Assembly (NCBI GenBank): GCA_050250955.1
Contig: JBFWNR010000003.1
Coordinates: 525,120 to 589,119, forward strand
From: Vicinamibacterales bacterium
Lineage (GTDB): Bacteria > Acidobacteriota > Vicinamibacteria > Vicinamibacterales > UBA2999
Reading direction: 5' to 3'
Length of the DNA stretch: 64,000 nt
Of the stretch, positions 58,194 through 64,000 are shown in pieces. The notes beneath the pieces were generated by a model that saw nothing but the letters and a program-made list of their open reading frames with translations, did no database searches and had not been told where the DNA came from. Positions within the stretch are counted from its first letter, which is position 1. Each line of letters starts with the position of its first letter. The translations under genes and the position numbers were made by a program.

Positions 58194-59554
58194 TTTTTTG
58201 CCTCCGGCAGGACGATCATCTCGACGCGCCGATCCCTGGGCAGATACCGGCCGACCGCCGATGAGATGTCGGCGGCGTCGAGGGCGCGGTAGCGCGACAG
58301 GTCCTCGTTGAAGAAGTCGGGCGTGCCGGTGTTGGTGTAGTAGCCATTGAGCTGGTTGGCCTTGCCACCGAAGCCGCCGACGCGTTCGGCGCGGCGCAGG
58401 AACGACGCCTCGATCTGGTTGAGCGCCCGCGCCATCTCGCGGGTCTCGGGCGGGGTCGCGGCGAGCCGGTCGATCTCTTCGTCGATGACCTTCTGCAGCT
58501 CCTCAGCGGTCTTGCCCGGTCGTGCCGTGGCCTGGACGTAGAACGCGCTGCCGAGCATCTGCGACGCCTGGTAGGCCTGCACGTCCTGGGCGAGCTGCAG
58601 CTCGTAGACCAGCCGCTTGTAGAGCCGCGAGTTCTTGCCGCTGGTCAGCAGCGACGAGACGACGTCCAGTGCCGCGTCGCCGGGGCGGTGGAGCCCCGGC
58701 GTGAGCCACGCCAGGTACAGTCGCGGCAGCTGCACCCGGTCGGTGACGGTCTTGCGCATCACGCCGGTGAGCATCGCCGCCGGCGGCGCCACCGGCGGGA
58801 CGGGCTTACCCGCCGGCACGTCGCTGAACCACTTCTCGACCAGCGCCTTCGTGCGCACCAGGTCGATGTCGCCGGCGACGACCAGGCTGGCGTTGTTGGG
58901 CGCGTAGTAGGTGCGGAAGAACTCCTGCACGTCCTCGTGACTGGCGGCGGAGAGATCCTCCATCGAGCCGATCGTCGACCAGCTGTAGGGATGGCCCGTC
59001 GGCCACAGCAGCGTGTCCAGTTCGAGCTCGGCCATCCCATAGGGCCGGTTCTCGTAGCTCTGCCGCCGTTCGTTCTTCACCACGTCACGCTGGCCGTCCA
59101 CCCGCGCCGGGCTCATCGTGTCGAGCAGGTAGCCCATGCGGTCCGACTCGAGGAACAGCATCAGCTCGAGCGCGTTGGCCGGCCCGTCGATGTAGTAGTT
59201 GGTGCGGTCGGTGTTGGTCGAGCCGTTGTTGTTGGCGCCGGCGCTCTCGAGCCAGGTGTCGAACGACCCCTCGGGCACGTGCTTCGAGCCTTCGAACATC
59301 AGGTGCTCGAACAGGTGCGCGAAGCCGGTGCGGCCGACCTTCTCGTGGCCCGAGCCGGCGTGGTACCAGACATTGACCGCCACCACCGGCACGCTGGTGT
59401 CGCGGTGCAGGATCACGTGCAGGCCGTTGGCGAGCGTGAACTCCTGATACGGCACCGTGAGGTGACGCGGCGCCGGAGCCTGGGCCGCCACCGGGCCAGC
59501 CCCCACCGCCGTGCCAACGACCACCCCGACCCCCGCAAGCAGCCGTCTACTCAT
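58190..59554 (-). CDS. M16-family zinc peptidase (insulinase/pitrilysin type), catalytic subunit
   Basis: It has a signal peptide and the inverted zinc motif HLFEH within GFAHLFEHLMFEGSKH. Confidence 0.88.
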   Translation of the reverse strand: MSRRLLAGVGVVVGTAVGAGPVAAQAPAPRHLTVPYQEFTLANGLHVILHRDTSVPVVAVNVWYHAGSGHEKVGRTGFAHLFEHLMFEGSKHVPEGSFDTWLESAGANNNGSTNTDRTNYYIDGPANALELMLFLESDRMGYLLDTMSPARVDGQRDVVKNERRQSYENRPYGMAELELDTLLWPTGHPYSWSTIGSMEDLSAASHEDVQEFFRTYYAPNNASLVVAGDIDLVRTKALVEKWFSDVPAGKPVPPVAPPAAMLTGVMRKTVTDRVQLPRLYLAWLTPGLHRPGDAALDVVSSLLTSGKNSRLYKRLVYELQLAQDVQAYQASQMLGSAFYVQATARPGKTAEELQKVIDEEIDRLAATPPETREMARALNQIEASFLRRAERVGGFGGKANQLNGYYTNTGTPDFFNEDLSRYRALDAADISSAVGRYLPRDRRVEMIVLPEAKK

Positions 59555-59649
59555 CCCGGCAGTGTAGCGCGGGGCCTCCCCGGACCGGCTGCATCGGGAC
59601 GAGCGCCGGGACCAAGGACGACAACCGGGGTTGTCGGATCGAGCGGATT

Positions 59650-59716
59650 GTCTGCCCGGACCTTGAAAGGGGTCTGACCCCTAATCTGGCCCAGGCCAGA
59701 AAGGGGTCTGACCCCT
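59650..59716 (-). repeat. Tandem dimer of the REP-like unit, in the opposite orientation to 50098-50164
   Basis: The cores GGGGTCTGACCCC are at 59669-59681 and 59703-59715. The palindrome TCTGGCCCAGGCCAGA lies between them. The right end abuts the M20 stop codon (59715-59717). Confidence 0.85.
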
Positions 59717-61157
59717 ACTTCGGGTCGGCCACCACGGGGACCGTGTAGGTCTTCTCGAGCGCCGCCAGATACGCCTCGAACTGCGCCTTGGTGTGCGCGA
59801 ACTCCTTGCCGACCGCGGCGCGGAACTCCGCCCGCGTGGCGAAGTCGAAGAGCAGCGCCGCCATCGCCTTGGCCTGCACGGTGAAGCCCTGGTGCGCCAC
59901 CGGCTTCAGGTTGTCCTCGTTCATCTCGTAGGTGTGGTTGGGCCAATCCGACGTGTAGGCGCTGAAGCCGATGCCCGGGATGTCGCGCGACACGCTGCCG
60001 CTCTCCTCGTAGCCCTGCGGCTTGCCCGGCTCTTCGTTGACCTTGCCGGCGCCGAACTGCTTCATGTAGGCGAAGGCCAGCTCGGCCAGCGTCGCCACCG
60101 AGATGCCGTCGCGGTTGCTGCCGTAGTTGTCGATCTTCACCTTGGTGCCGGTGGCCAGCGCCGCCGCCCTGGCGGCGTTGTCCACGAACTCGCGCACCGT
60201 CTTCAGATACACCTCGTCGGGATAGCGGATGTAGAAGTCGGCCTGGGCGCGATCGGGGACGACGTTGGGCGCCGCGCCGCCCTCGGTGATGACGCCCTGG
60301 ATGCGCGTCTCGGGCCGCATGTTGCTGCGCGCGGCGTCGATGTTGTTGAAGAGGTGGATCACGGCGGTGAGCGCGTTGCGGCCGTTCCATGCCGTCATCT
60401 GATGGGCCGGTGCGCCGCTGAAGGTGTACTTCACGCCGTCGATGTTCAGGCAGCAGGTGCCGAACCCCGGTGCCGGCCGCGACGTCTGGGTGCTGGCGTG
60501 GCTGCGGACGATGACGTCCATGCCGTCGAACACCTGGCGGCGGTGCATCTGGGTCTTGGCCGACGGCTCGAGCAGCTCCTCGGCCGGGGTGCCGAAGACG
60601 GTGACGCTGCCCGGCAGCTTGCGGGCGGTGAGGTACTCGGCCACCGCCACCGCGGCGGCGATGCCCACCGGCCCCTGCGCGCAGTGCTGATCGCCGTGGA
60701 ACGCCCCCTGGGTGCCGCGCAGCGCGTCGTACTCGACGATCACGCCCAGGTCGGGCTTGCCGTTGTTCCTGCTGTAGGTGGCGACAAAGGCGGTGTCGAA
60801 GCCGCCGGCGCCGAGCTTGACGCTGAAGCCGTGCGTCTTGAGGACGCCGGCCAGCCGCTCGACCGACCGCGTCTCCTTGTAGCCGACCTCGGGGTGGGTG
60901 CAGATGTCGTCGGACAGCGCCAGCAGCTCGGTGGTCAGCAGCTGCTCGACGCGGGCCACCACCCCGTCGCGGTCGGCGTTGGCGGCGGTGTACTTCGCGA
61001 CCATGCCGGGCACGTCGAGGCCGCGCTGCATCGCCGCCATGCTGGCCAGCACGTCCTTGGCCGCTTCCCGCTCGGTCGCCGTCTCCTGGGCGAACCCCGC
61101 TCCCGCGCCGGCCAGGATCACGATCACCGCTGTCCACGTCGCCAATTGCCTGCTCAT
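59715..61157 (-). CDS. M20-family metallopeptidase/amidohydrolase (AbgB-like), secreted
   Basis: It has an ATG with a GAGGGAG SD and a signal peptide (WTAVIVILAGAGAGFAQ). Blocks are EYDALRG, FGTPAEE and ITEGG.APNVVP. Confidence 0.75.
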   Translation of the reverse strand: MSRQLATWTAVIVILAGAGAGFAQETATEREAAKDVLASMAAMQRGLDVPGMVAKYTAANADRDGVVARVEQLLTTELLALSDDICTHPEVGYKETRSVERLAGVLKTHGFSVKLGAGGFDTAFVATYSRNNGKPDLGVIVEYDALRGTQGAFHGDQHCAQGPVGIAAAVAVAEYLTARKLPGSVTVFGTPAEELLEPSAKTQMHRRQVFDGMDVIVRSHASTQTSRPAPGFGTCCLNIDGVKYTFSGAPAHQMTAWNGRNALTAVIHLFNNIDAARSNMRPETRIQGVITEGGAAPNVVPDRAQADFYIRYPDEVYLKTVREFVDNAARAAALATGTKVKIDNYGSNRDGISVATLAELAFAYMKQFGAGKVNEEPGKPQGYEESGSVSRDIPGIGFSAYTSDWPNHTYEMNEDNLKPVAHQGFTVQAKAMAALLFDFATRAEFRAAVGKEFAHTKAQFEAYLAALEKTYTVPVVADPK

Positions 61158-61203
61158 CTCGACTCCCTCGCAGTTCTCCCGATCCTAGCTCCAGTCGAGC
61201 GAT

Positions 61204-61237
61204 TCCCTGGTCCCTGGTCCCCGGTCCCCGGTCCCTG
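61204..61237. repeat. Heptad tandem array (TCCCTGG x2, TCCCCGG x2, TCCCTG), G-rich on the minus strand, in a divergent promoter region
   Basis: Read directly. It lies between the M20 start (61157) and the purE start (61275). The unit is the same as at 1914-1949. Confidence 0.88.
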
Positions 61238-61274
61238 CATTTGATAAGCTTTCCGCTTCTCCCCGAGGCCCGCC

Positions 61275-61760
61275 GTGTCCACACCGCTCGTCGCCGTGAT
61301 CATGGGATCGAAGTCCGACTGGGACACGATGTCGCAGGCGGCGGCCGTGCTCGACGATTTCGCCGTCCCCTACCTGAAGCAGGTGGTGTCGGCGCACCGC
61401 ACCCCGGCGTGGATGGCCGAGTTCGCCGGCGGGGCCGAGGCGCAGGGGCTGAAGGTGATCATCGCCGGGGCCGGCGGCGCCGCCCACCTGCCCGGCATGG
61501 TCGCTGCGCACACCACGCTGCCGGTGCTGGGCGTGCCGGTGCAGAGCGCCGCCCTGAACGGCCTCGACTCGCTGCTGTCGATCGTGCAGATGCCCGGCGG
61601 CGTGCCGGTCGCGACGCTGGCCATCGGCAAGCCGGGGGCCAGGAACGCCGGCCTGCTGGCCGTGGCCATCCTGGCCACCGAGCGGCCCGAGCTGGCCGCG
61701 CGGCTCAAGGCGTTTCGCGACCAGCAGTCGCGGGCCGTGCGCGAAGACGTCCTGCCGTGA
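61275..61760 (+). CDS. purE: 5-(carboxyamino)imidazole ribonucleotide mutase
   Basis: It starts at a GTG. Motifs are [17 protein letters not shown] and [14 protein letters not shown]. Confidence 0.93.
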   Translation: MSTPLVAVIMGSKSDWDTMSQAAAVLDDFAVPYLKQVVSAHRTPAWMAEFAGGAEAQGLKVIIAGAGGAAHLPGMVAAHTTLPVLGVPVQSAALNGLDSLLSIVQMPGGVPVATLAIGKPGARNAGLLAVAILATERPELAARLKAFRDQQSRAVREDVLP

Positions 61761-62890
61761 ATCGCATTCTCCTGCCCGGCGCCACGCTCGGTGTGCTGGG
61801 CGGCGGCCAGCTCGGGCGGATGTTCGCCATCGCCGCCCGACGGATGGGCTACCGCGTCCACACGTTGTCGCCCGGCTTCGACACCCCGACCGGACAGGTG
61901 GCCGACGCCGAGATCGACGCCGACTACGACGACCTCGACGCCATCCGCGCCTTCGCCCGCGGCGTCGACGTGGTCACCTTCGAGTTCGAGAACGTCTCGA
62001 CCGATGCCGCCGACGCCGCCGCCGAGATCGTCCCGGTGCGGCCGAGCGGCCACGCCCTGCACGTGACCCAGCAGCGCGCCCGCGAGAAGGCGTTCCTGCG
62101 CCTCAAGGGCTTCCCGACCACCGCCTTCGAGGCGGTCGAGTCGCTCGAGGAGCTGGCCACCGCCGTCGAGGCCGTGGGGCTGCCCGCGATCCTCAAGACC
62201 GCCGCCTTCGGCTACGACGGCAAGGGCCAGCACCGCATCACCTCGGCGCTCGACCTCGACCGGGTCTGGGGCCTGGTCGGCCACCAGCCGGCGGTGCTCG
62301 AACGGGTCGTCGACTTCGTGCTCGAGTTCTCGATCGTCGCCGCCCGCGGCCTCGACGGCGCGTTCGTCCACTACGGCGCCATCGAGAACACCCACCGCGA
62401 CCACATCCTCGACCTGTCGGTGTGGCCGGCGCGGCTGCCGCCGGCCGCCGCCGCCGAGGCCGTCGCCGTGACCCAGGCGATCATGGAGGAGCTGGCCTAC
62501 GTCGGCGTCCTGTGCGTCGAGTTCTTCCTGACCGCCGACGGCAAGGTGCTGGTCAACGAGGTGGCGCCGCGGCCGCACAACTCCGGGCACCTGACCATCG
62601 ACGCCGCGGTGACCAGCCAGTTCGAGCAGCAGGTGCGGGCCATCTGCGCGCTGCCACTCGGCGACACCAGCCCGGTGCGCGCCGCGGCGATGTCGAACCT
62701 GCTCGGCGACGTGTGGAGCCAGGGCGAACCGCGCTGGGATCTCGCCGTGGCGATTCCCGGCGTGAAGCTGCACCTCTACGGTAAACGCGACCCGCGCCCG
62801 GGTCGCAAGATGGGCCACCTCACGGCCATCGCCGACACCCCGGCCGACGCCATCGAGAAGGTGCTGGCGGCGCGCGACGTGCTCGTCTGA
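61757..62890 (+). CDS. purK: 5-(carboxyamino)imidazole ribonucleotide synthase
   Basis: The GTG at 61757 overlaps the purE TGA as GTGA. Motifs are [15 protein letters not shown]-grasp blocks ([14 protein letters not shown]) and APRPHNSGH. Confidence 0.9.
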   Translation: MNRILLPGATLGVLGGGQLGRMFAIAARRMGYRVHTLSPGFDTPTGQVADAEIDADYDDLDAIRAFARGVDVVTFEFENVSTDAADAAAEIVPVRPSGHALHVTQQRAREKAFLRLKGFPTTAFEAVESLEELATAVEAVGLPAILKTAAFGYDGKGQHRITSALDLDRVWGLVGHQPAVLERVVDFVLEFSIVAARGLDGAFVHYGAIENTHRDHILDLSVWPARLPPAAAAEAVAVTQAIMEELAYVGVLCVEFFLTADGKVLVNEVAPRPHNSGHLTIDAAVTSQFEQQVRAICALPLGDTSPVRAAAMSNLLGDVWSQGEPRWDLAVAIPGVKLHLYGKRDPRPGRKMGHLTAIADTPADAIEKVLAARDVLV

Positions 62891-62948
62891 GACGTGTGCC
62901 GCTTCTCGCGGCTAGTATTCCTTCCGTCACGTGCACTGGGAGCCCGTC

Positions 62949-64000
62949 ATGCCCGTCCCTGCGACCCGCCTGCTCGTCGTCATCGCGTGCCTCGGCCTGG
63001 TCCGGCCGGCGCTGGCCCAGGACGCCGCCACCCTCGCCGGGATCGACCGCGGCATGGAGGCCTATCGCCTCGATGCCCACATTCCCGGCATGGTGTGGGG
63101 CATCGTCAAGGACGGCCGGCTCGTCCACGTGAAGGGCGCCGGTGTGCAGGACCTCGACGCGAAGCGGCCGGTCACGGCCGACACGTTGTTTCGCATCGCC
63201 TCGATGACCAAGGCGTTCACGGCGCTGTCGATCCTCAAGCTGCGCGACGATGGCAAGCTCGCCCTCGACGCCCCGGCCGCCACCTACGTCCCCGAGCTGT
63301 CCGGCTGGACGCCGCCGACCGCCGACTCGCCGCCGATCCGCGTCCGCGACCTGCTGACGCACACCGCCGGCCTGGTCACCGACGACCCGTGGGGCGACCG
63401 CCAGACCCCGCTCCCCGAGGACGAGTTCACGCGGCTGCTCGCCGCCGGCGTCCCGTTCACGCGGCCCACGGCCACGGCGATGGAGTACTCGAATCTCGGC
63501 TATGCGCTGCTCGGTCGCATCGTCGCCAACGTCTCCGGCCGCCCGTACAAGGACTTCGTGCAGGCGACGATCCTCAGCCCGCTCGGCATGACCGCCACCG
63601 GCTACGACGTCACCGCCGCGCCGACCGAGCGTCGCGCCCTCGGCTACCGCTGGGAGGACGACGCCTGGCAGCTCGAGCCGACGATGGCGCACGGCGCCTT
63701 CGGCGCCATGGGCGGCCTGCAGACCAGCGCCAACGACTACGCCAAGTGGGTCGGGTTCCTGCTGTCGGCGTGGCCGCCACGCGACGACGCCGACCGCGGT
63801 CCGGTGCGCCGCTCCAGCGTCCGCGAACTGGCGCAGGGCGCCAACTACGTCTCGGTGCGGCCGCGACCCGGCAGCAGCGGCGCCGACGCCTGCCGCGAGG
63901 CCCAGGCCTACGGCATGGGCATGACGGTGGCGACCGACTGCGATCTCGGCCTCACCTTGAGCCACGGCGGCGGCTACCCGGGCTACGGCTCGCACGTCCT
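62949..64000 (+). CDS. Serine hydrolase, beta-lactamase/PBP4-type (class C-like fold); C-terminus lies beyond the right window edge
   Basis: It is absent from the track because there is no stop in the window. The ATG at 62949 gives a signal peptide (LLVVIACLGLVRPALAQ), the SxxK motif IASMTKAF and the YxN motif EYSNLGY. Confidence 0.8.
   Translation, partial: MPVPATRLLVVIACLGLVRPALAQDAATLAGIDRGMEAYRLDAHIPGMVWGIVKDGRLVHVKGAGVQDLDAKRPVTADTLFRIASMTKAFTALSILKLRDDGKLALDAPAATYVPELSGWTPPTADSPPIRVRDLLTHTAGLVTDDPWGDRQTPLPEDEFTRLLAAGVPFTRPTATAMEYSNLGYALLGRIVANVSGRPYKDFVQATILSPLGMTATGYDVTAAPTERRALGYRWEDDAWQLEPTMAHGAFGAMGGLQTSANDYAKWVGFLLSAWPPRDDADRGPVRRSSVRELAQGANYVSVRPRPGSSGADACREAQAYGMGMTVATDCDLGLTLSHGGGYPGYGSHV

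Noticed and set aside
1-64000. I looked for a mobile element, prophage, defence island, toxin-antitoxin pair, tRNA or rRNA.
   Set aside because: I recognised no transposase, integrase, recombinase, phage structural, restriction, Cas or toxin-like ORF, and no tRNA- or rRNA-like sequence. GC content looks uniform apart from a few short AT-richer promoter islands (for example 21180-21276 and 39840-39912). This is a by-eye assessment and not a computed scan.

Overview
This is a densely coding, very GC-rich bacterial chromosomal segment (about 70 percent GC by eye, not computed). I count about 58 protein genes. I recognised no rRNA, tRNA, CRISPR array, transposase, integrase or phage genes. Three features point to Acidobacteriota, as an inference: a PadR regulator translationally coupled to an ADOP-type duplicated FtsX permease, a VWFA-related secreted protein, and many TPR, NHL and M16 envelope proteins. 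Recognisable housekeeping genes include glnA, a lone nuoG-like gene, kbl, two class-I aminotransferases, trkAH, purEK, proline dehydrogenase and cutC. There are also many envelope and secreted proteins, a MacAB-type efflux cluster, and small detoxification-type operons. The ORF track writes ATG, GTG and TTG starts all as M and reports the longest ORF. I therefore trimmed many starts, and I rejected many long Arg/Pro/Gly-rich ORFs as antisense or out-of-frame artefacts of high GC. The strongest candidates for something undescribed are these. (1) An ArsS-type radical-SAM plus AhpD-like pair has no ArsM and sits with an orphan ModA-like binding protein and a signal-peptide DUF1330 protein. (2) A translationally coupled operon encodes a YaiO-type TPR barrel, a TPR protein, and a 12-TM alkaline-phosphatase-fold transferase. 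(3) A GT2-methyltransferase fusion is coupled to one of two paralogous GT-C-like membrane proteins. (4) Two intergenic repeat systems exist: a roughly 34-nt palindromic REP-like unit with a GGGGTCAGACCCC core that also contributes coding sequence and a stop codon, and 7-nt-period tandem arrays (G-tract heptads and GGCTAGC heptads), partly as inverted pairs. I found no canonical defence or mobile system. All functional calls rest on motifs read by eye and need database confirmation.
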